Origin: an uncultured Desulfosarcina sp.
Lineage (GTDB): Bacteria > Desulfobacterota > Desulfobacteria > Desulfobacterales > Desulfosarcinaceae
Direction: 5' to 3'
Assembly: GCA_963674945.2 (NCBI GenBank)
Contig: CAXXWQ010000002.1
Location: 128,001 to 192,000 of the forward strand
Length of the DNA stretch: 64,000 nt
Shown here: one piece after another, positions 52,418 through 61,805 of the stretch
Position numbering within the stretch: position 1 is the stretch's first letter
How the letters are laid out: each line of letters begins with the position of its first letter
Made by a program: the position numbers and the translations under genes
Notes under the pieces: generated by a model
Databases searched by the model: none
Seen by the model: the letters and a program-made list of their open reading frames with translations, nothing else
Told to the model about the DNA's origin: nothing

Positions 52418-52470
52418 ACAGTTCACAGTTCACAGTAAACCGAGAACCGAGACCCTTGAACCGAGAACCA
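52418..52470. repeat. Degenerate heptamer tandem array
   Basis: CAGTTCA CAGTTCA CAGTAAA CCGAGAA CCGAGAC CCTTGAA CCGAGAA. Confidence 0.7.
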
Positions 52471-52474
52471 TCTT

Positions 52475-54418
52475 TTATAATACCATTCGATGGCGCCGAT
52501 TCCGGCTTTCGTTTTCCGCCGTAATTCGGATGGCGCGGCGGCCCTTGACCGGGCATTCGTGTTCGCACATTCCGCACCCGATGCATCTGGATGGGTCCAC
52601 ATAGGGTCGCTGCAACCGTACCATCAACGACATCGTCGTTTCCGAATCCACCGTTTCCCCCCATGGATTGGTCTCCACGGTGATGGTGCCTGTGCCCACG
52701 CCCGTGATTCTGGTCTTTGGCCCGTTTGGATGTTCTGCCACGGCGAGATAGGCATCGCCGGTGGCGTATCGATGGGAGGAAAGCGTCGGGCCGCTTATCT
52801 TGAGCCGGTTGCCATCCGATTCCACCAGCTTGATATCGTCGGCAAGGGAAACCGGTTGAAAGTGTTCGCGCGTAACGATGGCCTTGGGGCTCACCGGGCA
52901 GTTCTCCTGACAGACGATGCAGGGGCGGTCCATGGCCCAGGGGAGACAGCGGCCACGGTCCACAAAGGCCGTGCCGATGCGGATGGGACCCGTGTCGGCA
53001 TAGGCACCCCTGCCCTGCCGTTCGTCCAGACTGATCGGTCGAATGGCGGCTGTCGGACAAAGGTTGCCACAGGCGATGCAGCCGGACTGGCACCCGCTGG
53101 TTCCCATGCGAAAGTTCAGCATCGGCGTCCAGATGCCTTCGATGCCTCCCTGGAGACCCGCTGGGTGAATCACGTTGGTGGGACAGATGCGCATGCACTG
53201 GCCACATTTGATGCACCGTTGCAAAAATGTCTCTTCGTCAAGGGCGCCCGGCGGCCGGATAACCCGTGGATTCCAGTTGGTGCCGGTGTCGGCGGATAAT
53301 CGTACCAGGGGAGGGGTGGCGAATCCAGCGGCCAACGTCGCCACGAAGGCCCTCTTGGAAAGGTCCGGCAGGGTGATTTCCCCTGCTGTGGAGGGGTAGA
53401 GATGATACCCCATGGCGTCATGGGGGCAATCGGTTTGACAGTTCATGCACAGAACGCATTCGGCGGTATGGATGACCGTGGATGGCTGGCATCCTCCTTC
53501 ACAGTGAAAATCGCAGGTCCCGCAATGGGTGCAGCGGTCCGGCTTTTGGCCCATACGCCACAGGGCTTTTTTTCCCAAAATGCCGAAAAGGGCACCCAAG
53601 GGGCAGAGGAAACGGCAGTAGAACCGGGGGATCCGAAGATTCAGCACAAGGGCCGTCCAGAAGATGACCCCGATAACAAAGGCGCCGGGGTACACACGGC
53701 CGGGGGTTGACAGGGTGACGGTATATCCGTCGATCAAAGGGAGCAGCGTGAGGTTGATGGATCGATAAAAGAGGGGAATTGGATCCAGCAGTCCGGTCTG
53801 TAGGGATGCGGCCAGCAGTCGTGAGCCGTCGGTGAGCCATCCCAGGGTGACCCATCCCATGAGCGCCACCGTCGTGCCGCAGATCCAGCGACGCCAGGAA
53901 TGTTTTGTCGCCACGGCCGCCGCCGTGCCGCACGCCAGCAACGCAGCCGCGATGATCGCGGCGGTAAAGAGCGATTCCACGGCCAGATCGAGGATTCGAT
54001 TCGCCAGATTCCCGGCAGCTGCGCCCAAGAGAAAGAGGAGAACGACGTATTTGATGACCTGGCCGTTACGGTAGCGATTGAGGTCGATGCGCTTGAAAGC
54101 CGGCCGTCTGCGGTTGGCCAGCCAGCCGACGGCGTGGTGCAGGGTGCCGAAGGGGCAAACCCATCCACAGAAAAAACGACCCAGCACGAGGGTCGCCACG
54201 ACGGTCAGTACGCCCCAGAGCAAGCCGGCATAGAGGGTGCCGGTCGTCAGCAAAGTGCCCAGTCCCACCAACGGGTCCAGCTGGATCAGCCAGTTCACGG
54301 GCCATCCGCGCAGCTGCCACCACCGTTCCCCCAGGGTGGCGACGACGCTGAACCACAGGAAGAGCAGGAAAAAGAAGATCTGACTGATGCGTCTTGCGGT
54401 TCGAATAGGCATAATCAT
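52475..54418 (-). CDS. Membrane polyferredoxin (NapH/MauN-like + NapG/MauM-like 4Fe-4S domains)
   Basis: GRFFCGWVCPFG, CRFLCPLG, RPPGA..CIKCGQC..CP, several CxxCxxCxxxC(P). Confidence 0.88.
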   Translation of the reverse strand: MIMPIRTARRISQIFFFLLFLWFSVVATLGERWWQLRGWPVNWLIQLDPLVGLGTLLTTGTLYAGLLWGVLTVVATLVLGRFFCGWVCPFGTLHHAVGWLANRRRPAFKRIDLNRYRNGQVIKYVVLLFLLGAAAGNLANRILDLAVESLFTAAIIAAALLACGTAAAVATKHSWRRWICGTTVALMGWVTLGWLTDGSRLLAASLQTGLLDPIPLFYRSINLTLLPLIDGYTVTLSTPGRVYPGAFVIGVIFWTALVLNLRIPRFYCRFLCPLGALFGILGKKALWRMGQKPDRCTHCGTCDFHCEGGCQPSTVIHTAECVLCMNCQTDCPHDAMGYHLYPSTAGEITLPDLSKRAFVATLAAGFATPPLVRLSADTGTNWNPRVIRPPGALDEETFLQRCIKCGQCMRICPTNVIHPAGLQGGIEGIWTPMLNFRMGTSGCQSGCIACGNLCPTAAIRPISLDERQGRGAYADTGPIRIGTAFVDRGRCLPWAMDRPCIVCQENCPVSPKAIVTREHFQPVSLADDIKLVESDGNRLKISGPTLSSHRYATGDAYLAVAEHPNGPKTRITGVGTGTITVETNPWGETVDSETTMSLMVRLQRPYVDPSRCIGCGMCEHECPVKGRRAIRITAENESRNRRHRMVL

Positions 54419-54442
54419 GGATTAGGTAATTTTCTTTTATCA

Positions 54443-54713
54443 GAGGTGTAGAAAACCTATTCCCATGGAGTAGGTAAGCGTTTATTGACTCTGCCGTATG
54501 ATTGTTCCAAGACTCCAGGAGTCAGAATTCAGCGCTGCCGCCGGCTTTCAACCGGTTTGAACTAAAACCTGACTTCGGGAAAATGAAGTCAGATACGAGA
54601 ATCCAGAATCAGGTATTCGCCTTCGGCTCGATCCATATTATCCAATCGATGGAGCGAAGCGACATCAGATTCATTCTGGCTCCTGAATATTGGCTTCTGA
54701 CTCCTGTGGTTTC
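54443..54713 (-). repeat. Dispersed intercistronic repeat, family R1 copy 3 (with internal insertion)
   Basis: Aligns with 17679-17888; about 65 extra bp incl. CTGACTTC..GAAGTCAG hairpin. Confidence 0.88.
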
Positions 54714-54783
54714 ACAAAATCGCAGTACATCCTTCATTTAAGGAAAAGCGTAAGGCCAAGTTCTCCGAACACGGACTTTTGCC

Positions 54784-55803
54784 TCATCCCAGTCGTATCT
54801 CTTTTACGTCCAAGCTGGAAAAATCGGTCGTTCCGGCGCCGGCCGCCTCGGCCTTGGCGATAAAGGGGAGATCGTCCGGTCTTTTTTCCAACAAAACCGC
54901 TCCGGCCGTATCGGCGGCCACGGGATCGGTGCTTACGATCAGGGTGCCGGTGGGTGCGAGGTCGGACAGGCTGCCGCCGGTGGGTCCGTTGGAGACCATG
55001 GACCAGGTACCGTCCAGGACCACTGCCGTGGGCCGGACCATCATGGCCAACTCCTGGATTACGGTATGCACATCCTGGTGAAAGATATTTCGCCGCCCCC
55101 CCAACAATCCATACCAATTCTTCAGGGTCATGGACGCACCGCTGCGGTGGTGATCCTTCACCGGGGCAAGGCCGATGACGCGGTCCGCCCGGGCCAACGG
55201 TGCATACAAGACAGGCCAGTTCGTGATCAGTCGTCCACCTTTCACGGACAGTGCCGTAAACAGGGATTCACGGGGAACGATCACCTGAGCGCCGGCCCGA
55301 CGTGCCGCTTCGTCGATTCCGGTGAGGGCGAAACAGGTTGCCGGATCATTGATGGGATTGTCAGTGACGGTGACCCGGGCGGCCCCGGCCCCAAGGCATA
55401 GGCGAACCACAGCCGACAGCAGATCCGGATGGGAGGTGGCACCCAATGTCGGGGGCGATGCGAAGGCCGCGTTGACCTTGACCAGGACGTGTTCACCGGG
55501 CTTGATCAACTTGTCCATTCCGCCAATGGCGGTAAAGGCTTTTGTGACGGCCTCGGCACGATCCATCCTGTTTGCCTCTCCCCGAACGATGCAAATTTTT
55601 CCCCCCATGGGAGCCACGGCGTAATCGGGAAGTGCAATGGCCTCCGCACCATGGGAGGTCGCCTCCGGTGCGTCGTTTTGGAAAAAGCCAATGCCAACGG
55701 CTGCCGTTGCCACAGCGCCGATGCCGACCCGGGTGCAGCGGCCTAAAAATTCTCGGCGATCCATTGGATTGGCTTCTGGTGGATTTGTATTTTTGGCATT
55801 CAT
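54784..55803 (-). CDS. DUF362 domain protein with Tat signal
   Basis: DRREFLG; VLVKVN, ATSHPD, VKDH, MTLKNWYG, TDPVAAD. Confidence 0.85.
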   Translation of the reverse strand: MNAKNTNPPEANPMDRREFLGRCTRVGIGAVATAAVGIGFFQNDAPEATSHGAEAIALPDYAVAPMGGKICIVRGEANRMDRAEAVTKAFTAIGGMDKLIKPGEHVLVKVNAAFASPPTLGATSHPDLLSAVVRLCLGAGAARVTVTDNPINDPATCFALTGIDEAARRAGAQVIVPRESLFTALSVKGGRLITNWPVLYAPLARADRVIGLAPVKDHHRSGASMTLKNWYGLLGGRRNIFHQDVHTVIQELAMMVRPTAVVLDGTWSMVSNGPTGGSLSDLAPTGTLIVSTDPVAADTAGAVLLEKRPDDLPFIAKAEAAGAGTTDFSSLDVKEIRLG

Positions 55804-56792
55804 TGGACGTTCTCCAAGTGTTCGGCCAGATGTCGGGAGAGCTTTGTTGCCGCATCGAGGTTGCTGGCTTCGTGAATGCCGGCCAGATGGCGACCCCTGT
55901 GGAAAAGTACCTCGTACGTATCGAAAAATTGTACGACGATCGCCCCGTCAACCGGCGCCGGTCCCGCGACGACGGTGGCACCGTAATTTATCAAGGTTTG
56001 TTCGTGTTGTTTAACCAGTTTCGATGCCTGCTCTTCATCTTCACGAAGCGATACGAAGGCGGTGATTGGATTTTCGTCGATTCTGTACTGCGCTGTGTAG
56101 ACCCGGTCCAGGTATTCGTATCCAAAGGCATTTGCAAGGATCAACCGAATGCTGTCAGGTTCCAGCGCCGCCCGGGGAAACAGGTCTGCACCGGTCGGAT
56201 CCGATGCCGGACCTTCCGTTTCCGAGCCGATGTACCGGCGTGCCACGAGTTGCATGATCTCTCTGAGCGCCACAGAATCGTTCGTTCCGACCAGTTCCAG
56301 GTAGCACCCGCCGTGGATGGCAAACAAGGCGTTTTGCGTCTCATATGCCGGTGTCCCCAGATCCACGTTTTTGGCGTCTTCACGTCGTTGCATGGTAAAG
56401 ACCGAATAGGCGTTTTGGGCATTTTTCATGTCATAAACGAACAACTCCACCCATTGGTCGGCATTTGGGGCTGCTGCAAAACGCTGGGTGGCAAGGGATA
56501 CGAATCCCGAGGAGAGGTAGAGGTCGGCTCGACCATTGATTTTTTCATACAAGGTATCCGGATCGAATCGTTCCGGTGGCGAAAAGGGAACGATGCCCGA
56601 ATCCGCAACATCGATCAATGGGGTTTGGGCTGACGGTGGCGTCTGGACGGCCACATGGGCTCCCGGCCTTAGGGCGACGACGGCCGGATTGATCTGGAAC
56701 TGACGGACGAACACGCCAACAAAGATGGCCGCCAGGATGGTCAGCACCACGATAGAAATGCGGTTTTCCATATTCAATAGAAAAATGTTCAT
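55800..56792 (-). CDS. Membrane-anchored exported protein (DUF6599-like)
   Basis: N-terminal TM; LYEKINGRADLYL, VYDM..AYSVF; ATGA overlap with DUF362 gene. Confidence 0.65.
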   Translation of the reverse strand: MNIFLLNMENRISIVVLTILAAIFVGVFVRQFQINPAVVALRPGAHVAVQTPPSAQTPLIDVADSGIVPFSPPERFDPDTLYEKINGRADLYLSSGFVSLATQRFAAAPNADQWVELFVYDMKNAQNAYSVFTMQRREDAKNVDLGTPAYETQNALFAIHGGCYLELVGTNDSVALREIMQLVARRYIGSETEGPASDPTGADLFPRAALEPDSIRLILANAFGYEYLDRVYTAQYRIDENPITAFVSLREDEEQASKLVKQHEQTLINYGATVVAGPAPVDGAIVVQFFDTYEVLFHRGRHLAGIHEASNLDAATKLSRHLAEHLENVQ

Positions 56793-56881
56793 AGCCGTTT
56801 GTCAATAACAATTGATGTGCAGGATAACCGGGACATGGCATCACGGATTTCGCGGAGTCTGATGCCCATGGGACGCGGTGG

Positions 56882-57280
56882 TTATTTCGGCGACGATGAT
56901 GGTAGGCTTTCGCTCCCATTTTTCCGGAATCGCAAGAGTGCCTGATTCAGCCACCGGGAGGCGGTTATCGTTTTTCCATCGCAGGTCACCATATAAGGCC
57001 GACCACTGATGCTGCTTTTCGTTGCCGTAAGCCGGATAAAATCTTCGGTGGTTTTTATCCACGTTTTCGTGTGAGCATATTTTCGCCGGATGTGTTCGCC
57101 GGCCTCCCGGCCATCATGGTCAACGCCGTTTCGGGTAAATGTGCACCCTGAGGTTTCGATGTAGGCGAGCAAAAAGTCGATTTCAGATTCCAGCGTCGCA
57201 TGGGCAAAAACGGGGTTCAGGAGGACACAAAAAACAAGGGAACAGAGAACAAAGGATATTTGCAGGTGGTCAATTGACGT
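56882..57280 (-). CDS. DUF5329/YfeK-like exported protein (start uncertain)
   Basis: EIDFLL..SGCTFTRNG..HIRRKY..EDFI..ATKSSISGRPYMVTC. Confidence 0.7.
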   Translation of the reverse strand, partial: TSIDHLQISFVLCSLVFCVLLNPVFAHATLESEIDFLLAYIETSGCTFTRNGVDHDGREAGEHIRRKYAHTKTWIKTTEDFIRLTATKSSISGRPYMVTCDGKTITASRWLNQALLRFRKNGSESLPSSSPK

Positions 57281-58265
57281 AAACCGCCTTGTCCGCCATT
57301 TTGAACGTGACCGTAAGAGGGTTGTGGTCGGACGTTGTAACCATGGGTGTTTTCGCATCTACTGCCTCCAGTCCACGATAGTAGACATGATCGATATCGT
57401 GTCCGAAAAATCGAGAACGGCGGTCTTCATCGAACCTGACCGCTGTCATGTCCAGTCGCCTGACCATGTCCGTTACGCGGGCCATCCGCCGGCTGGACCA
57501 TGTGTTGAAATCTCCAGACAGGATTATCGGTCCCTCGTGCACTTTCAGAATACCTTCCAGGTGGTCCATCTGATTCGTAAGCGTTTTGTGCCCAATGGAA
57601 AAGTTGATCGCATGAATGTTGGCGACCAAAAGTTCATTGTCGCTCCCTGCCAGTGGATACCGATTGATCAGGACACTCTTGGGAAGTCGGATGATCGGCT
57701 CTGTCTGGCGAAACATGCAGACCATATTCGGTGGTACACGGGCGGCGGTAAGGACCCCCGTGGCAATTTTTCGGTATTCGAACGCATTCGTCATATCCCA
57801 TTGGAAGTTTTCCAGGTGAAGCAAAGTATCTAACCCGTCGTCCATATAGGCTTCCTGGAGAATGAGGATATCCGCCATTCTGCTGAATTTCTTAAAATCT
57901 TCGGTCCATCCCGGCCGTTTGCCCTTCTGGATGTTCCAACTGACCAGTGTGAACCCGCCCCGATCCAATTGGGAGTGGAATTTTTCTGGATGCCGCTTTA
58001 TGGGATCTGCCACCGTAGTGCTTGCAGATAGAAAGTCAAGGCATTCGTCCCCACATTGGTCGCCCCTTGCCGATTTGATATCCGGCCATCGGTGACTGAT
58101 GATCCGGCTTTCTTCAGGGATTCGAAGGCATCCGGACACGAAAAACAAAACGACGATCAGGACTGCCCACCGCCGCCCATAGGGGGCTTTCGGGTCGGTT
58201 GCCGCAGATGGCTCATCTGAGAAAAACGATCTGTGGCGTGTAAGTGCTGATGGTGAATGTCGCAT
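57270..58265 (-). CDS. Endonuclease/exonuclease/phosphatase family protein (start uncertain)
   Basis: SWNIQKG, LQEA, NIHAINF, SGDFNTWS, IDHVYY, SDHNP. Confidence 0.88.
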   Translation of the reverse strand: MRHSPSALTRHRSFFSDEPSAATDPKAPYGRRWAVLIVVLFFVSGCLRIPEESRIISHRWPDIKSARGDQCGDECLDFLSASTTVADPIKRHPEKFHSQLDRGGFTLVSWNIQKGKRPGWTEDFKKFSRMADILILQEAYMDDGLDTLLHLENFQWDMTNAFEYRKIATGVLTAARVPPNMVCMFRQTEPIIRLPKSVLINRYPLAGSDNELLVANIHAINFSIGHKTLTNQMDHLEGILKVHEGPIILSGDFNTWSSRRMARVTDMVRRLDMTAVRFDEDRRSRFFGHDIDHVYYRGLEAVDAKTPMVTTSDHNPLTVTFKMADKAVYVN

Positions 58266-58403
58266 CTTTCTGCGTCCCAAAATTTCTGGTTCTCTGGGTC
58301 CGGATTTTCCTCCCAATGATAGGGAGGAATTTCGAAAATGCAAATTTTCGACCCCAGGAAAAGCGGAACAAATATCAATGGATGGTGAGGTTGTCAATGA
58401 ATG

Positions 58404-58554
58404 GTGAACTCATAAAAAGTGATATTTCAGACGGCTCCGTAAAAAGCCCGAGATCAAGGCTTGCGAGTGCCGAGGAATGAGGCGTATGGTTGGATACGTC
58501 GCAGTGACGAGGTGCGAAGCGTAACGCAGATATCGGGCTTTTTACGGAGCCGTC
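58404..58554. repeat. MITE-like element, TIR type B copy 3 (inverted)
   Basis: Perfect 22-bp TIR GACGGCTCCGTAAAAAGCCCGA at 58430-58451 / 58533-58554. Confidence 0.9.
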
Positions 58555-59293
58555 AATGAATGGTGGGTTTGTCCTGCTTATCATCATCATCCTTGCCGTC
58601 GATGACGGTGAATCGTGTGCGCCGTTTTCGTTGGGTATAGGAAAAATATTTCCAACGCCACCAATTGGCATCGAGCCATTGGGTCGGCGACAGGAAATAG
58701 AGCCATGCCAAGGCGATGCCGCCCAGATGGTATGCGCCGTGGACATTGGTCTGGGCCAAAAAGGTCAGCGCCGTGACGATGACGGTACCGTAACTGATGT
58801 ATTTCGCCTTGATGGGCAAAACGAACATCAGCATGACGGTGGCTTCGGGTTGAAGGAGGCCGAATACGACAATCAGGGATAACAGGCTCGGCATCATTCC
58901 GGAGTAGAATACGCCAAAGGAGGTCAGGCTGCCGAATACCAGGGCGGCGCCACAGCCACCAATGGCCGCGACGATATAAAGCCGGAGAAATCCGCGGGTT
59001 CCCAGCGCGGATTCGATGGTACCGGCAAAAAAATAAAACACCAGGCAGTCGATGAGAAATCCGATGGGTGAATTGGGATTGTGGATCAGTGGGTGGGTGA
59101 CCAATTGCCAAAAATGGAAGTTGCCGGTTTTGGGCGGGCTGAGGGCCAACCATTGAAAGATCGGTATTCCAAGCCATTGTTGGCCGATCAGCTGTGCGAC
59201 ATAAACCGCCGCGTAGACGATCAGCATTGTTTTTCCCGTCGGTGTCAGCGTGCTACCGAATCCCATTGTTTTTTGATGGCCGTGGGGGTACAT
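58553..59293 (-). CDS. Rhomboid-like intramembrane protein
   Basis: WQLVTHPLIH, LPIKAKY, AYHLGG; multiple TMs; GxSG absent. Confidence 0.75.
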   Translation of the reverse strand: MYPHGHQKTMGFGSTLTPTGKTMLIVYAAVYVAQLIGQQWLGIPIFQWLALSPPKTGNFHFWQLVTHPLIHNPNSPIGFLIDCLVFYFFAGTIESALGTRGFLRLYIVAAIGGCGAALVFGSLTSFGVFYSGMMPSLLSLIVVFGLLQPEATVMLMFVLPIKAKYISYGTVIVTALTFLAQTNVHGAYHLGGIALAWLYFLSPTQWLDANWWRWKYFSYTQRKRRTRFTVIDGKDDDDKQDKPTIH

Positions 59294-59447
59294 GTTTATT
59301 TGCGCCGCCTTCATTGTTGGGTTACGACAAATTTCAGCGAAGGATCGCTACGTTCCAATTTTTATTTATACCATGTTTGTTCGGTTCATCCAATGCCTTG
59401 TACCTGGACATCTTCGGTATGTTTTTGGCAACCTTGAGGTAGGCAAA

Positions 59448-60461
59448 ATGGGATTTCGCATCGCAATCCTATTGATTTGGGTTCTTTGTTTTGTGGAAAT
59501 CGGTCCCGGCCTATCTTGGGCGGATGAAGAACGGGGCGTTCCGAGAAACGTAGGTTCGACTCCCGGACGGGTGCAACGGACCGGAAAAATCGAATCGAAC
59601 CGGCTCGTGGAGTGCTCCGGTATAGACATGTCCCTGGCAGACGACGACTTGCTATGGGCCATCAACGACGGTGGAAACGGACCATTTCTTTTTGCCCTTG
59701 GCAGGGATGGCAGGGATCGCGGGGTCATTCGTATTTCGGGGGCAACCAATCGGGACTGGGAGGATCTGTCCACCTTCTCGTGGCAGGGTCGGTCCATGAT
59801 CCTCATCGCAGACTTCGGGGACAACAAGCGGCGCCATGAGACCCATACGCTCTATTTTGTGCTGGAGCCCGTGATCCGGGGGGAGCGAACGGCCGGTACG
59901 GCCGTGACCGAACCGGCATGGCAAATCGAATTCTCCTATCCGGATGGGGCACACGATGCCGAGGCGGTCGCCGTAGACGCATTGGGCAAAATGGTTTATA
60001 TCCTGACCAAGCGGGACGAACCACCCATTCTGTTCGTCCTGCCCTTGGATCCATCCCAAGATGGCAGATCGGTCGTGGCCCGCCGTGTGGCATTTGTCAA
60101 TCGAATCCCTCCCCCGACAACAGAGGATCGGCGATTTCCCTATGGGCGTTTCCGTTCCCAACCGACGGCCATGGATCTTTCCGACGATGGTCTTTCCATG
60201 GTCGTACTTACATATAAACACGCCTACCTGCTGGATCGTTCCCCCGAAGAACCCTGGTCAGACGCTGCCGTCCGAACACCCACCGAGGTGTCACTGCCAC
60301 TTCCCCAAATTGCCCGAGATTTAAAACAGCGGGAGGCCGTCTGTTTTTCGAAAAATAATGCCTCGTTGCTGGTGACATCCGAGGGAAGGGGTGCCGGACT
60401 GATACGTGTCGAACGCAACAGCCAATCCGTGGCAAGAATCGAAGATGCCAAAGACGATTAA
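59448..60461 (+). CDS. Exported beta-propeller-like hypothetical protein
   Basis: Signal peptide; ECSGI, NDGG, DWEDL, ADFGDN, DAEA, EAVCF, TSEG repeats. Confidence 0.7.
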   Translation: MGFRIAILLIWVLCFVEIGPGLSWADEERGVPRNVGSTPGRVQRTGKIESNRLVECSGIDMSLADDDLLWAINDGGNGPFLFALGRDGRDRGVIRISGATNRDWEDLSTFSWQGRSMILIADFGDNKRRHETHTLYFVLEPVIRGERTAGTAVTEPAWQIEFSYPDGAHDAEAVAVDALGKMVYILTKRDEPPILFVLPLDPSQDGRSVVARRVAFVNRIPPPTTEDRRFPYGRFRSQPTAMDLSDDGLSMVVLTYKHAYLLDRSPEEPWSDAAVRTPTEVSLPLPQIARDLKQREAVCFSKNNASLLVTSEGRGAGLIRVERNSQSVARIEDAKDD

Positions 60462-60497
60462 ATCAAGATTTTGACTCATGAAAGAAAGATCGGCGCA

Positions 60498-61718
60498 ATG
60501 AAATATGATTTCGATAAAGAGATCGATCGCGATGGTACCCAGTCGGTGAAATGGTCCATGGTGCAGGACCCGGACGATCCATCCCAGTGGCGGGCAACCA
60601 CTGATTGTTTTGGTGAAAACCGGCTTTTGCCCATGTGGGTGGCGGACATGGATTTTCCCGCACCCGCACCCGTTGTGGATGCTCTGACGCATCGGGCCGG
60701 ACACGGCATTTTCGGGTATTCCCGCCGGACAGATGCCTATGATCAGGCCATTGTGGGGTGGATGAAGCGGCATCATGGCTGGGACATGGATCCCCAATGG
60801 ATCGTTTGTACCCCCGGCGTCGTGCCGGCTCTTCATCTCCTCGTTCGCAGCCTCGTTCGACCCGGAGAACGGGTTCTGATCCAGCGGCCCGTTTACTATC
60901 CCTTCTTCAGCGCCATCGAAAAAAACGGTGGTGAAATCGTCTCCAACAGCCTGATTCAAGACGACGGTCGATACGGGATCGACTTTGCGGACTTCGAAAC
61001 CAAGGCGGCGGACCCGGCCACCACTCTTTTCATTCTGTGCAGTCCCCACAATCCGGTGGGACGTGTGTGGACGCCAAGCGAATTGGAACGCATGGGCGAA
61101 ATCTGCCTGAAATACGATGTTCGGGTCATCGCCGACGAAATTCACGGTGACCTGGTCTACCGGGGTGTCCGATTCACGCCCTTTGCCGCCATCGGAAAAC
61201 AGGTGGCCGCCAACACCGTTGTCTGCACAGCTCCGAGCAAGACCTTCAATCTGGCAGGCCTTCACACAGCCAACATCATCATTCCTGATCCCACGCTGCG
61301 GCACCGATTCAAACAGACCCTGGAACAATGCGGCATGGGCAGGTGGGCCAACCCTTTCGGGGTGTTGGCCTGTGAAACCGCATATCGGGAGGGTGACGAT
61401 TGGCTTGTGCAAGTGATGGCATACATCGAAGGAAATCTCGATTTTCTGATGCGATTTATCCATGACCATATTTCCCGTATCCGGATTGTCCGGCCGGAGG
61501 GCACCTATCTGGTATGGTTGGATTGTCGGTCGTTGGGGCTTTCTCCCCGTGCTCTTCGCCGGCTGATGACCCGCCGGGCAAATATCTTTTTGGACGATGG
61601 ATTGCTTTTCGGCCCCGAAGGAGACGGTTTCCAACGAATCAACATCGCCTGCCCCCGGTCCATTCTCCAAGAGGCATTGACGCGCCTTGCGCAGGCGGTG
61701 GACGGTCTGGCCGATTGA
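60498..61718 (+). CDS. MalY/PatB family PLP enzyme (cystathionine beta-lyase-like)
   Basis: LPMWVADMDF, LCSPHNPVGRVW, DEIH, APSKTFNLAGL, RINIACP. Confidence 0.93.
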   Translation: MKYDFDKEIDRDGTQSVKWSMVQDPDDPSQWRATTDCFGENRLLPMWVADMDFPAPAPVVDALTHRAGHGIFGYSRRTDAYDQAIVGWMKRHHGWDMDPQWIVCTPGVVPALHLLVRSLVRPGERVLIQRPVYYPFFSAIEKNGGEIVSNSLIQDDGRYGIDFADFETKAADPATTLFILCSPHNPVGRVWTPSELERMGEICLKYDVRVIADEIHGDLVYRGVRFTPFAAIGKQVAANTVVCTAPSKTFNLAGLHTANIIIPDPTLRHRFKQTLEQCGMGRWANPFGVLACETAYREGDDWLVQVMAYIEGNLDFLMRFIHDHISRIRIVRPEGTYLVWLDCRSLGLSPRALRRLMTRRANIFLDDGLLFGPEGDGFQRINIACPRSILQEALTRLAQAVDGLAD

Positions 61719-61739
61719 TCCGATCCTGCAAGCACCGAA

Positions 61740-61805
61740 GATATCGGACTTTTGAGGAACTCCTTCATCAATACAAATGGAAAGAGACTTTTTACGAAGC
61801 CGTCA
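61740..61805. repeat. Degenerate type B element fragment
   Basis: GATATCGGACTTTT and GACTTTTTACGAAGCCGTCA. Confidence 0.6.

Noticed and set aside
36482..58554. Repeated palindromic sequences as a CRISPR array
   Set aside because: Copies are kilobases apart with no repeat-spacer periodicity and no cas genes.
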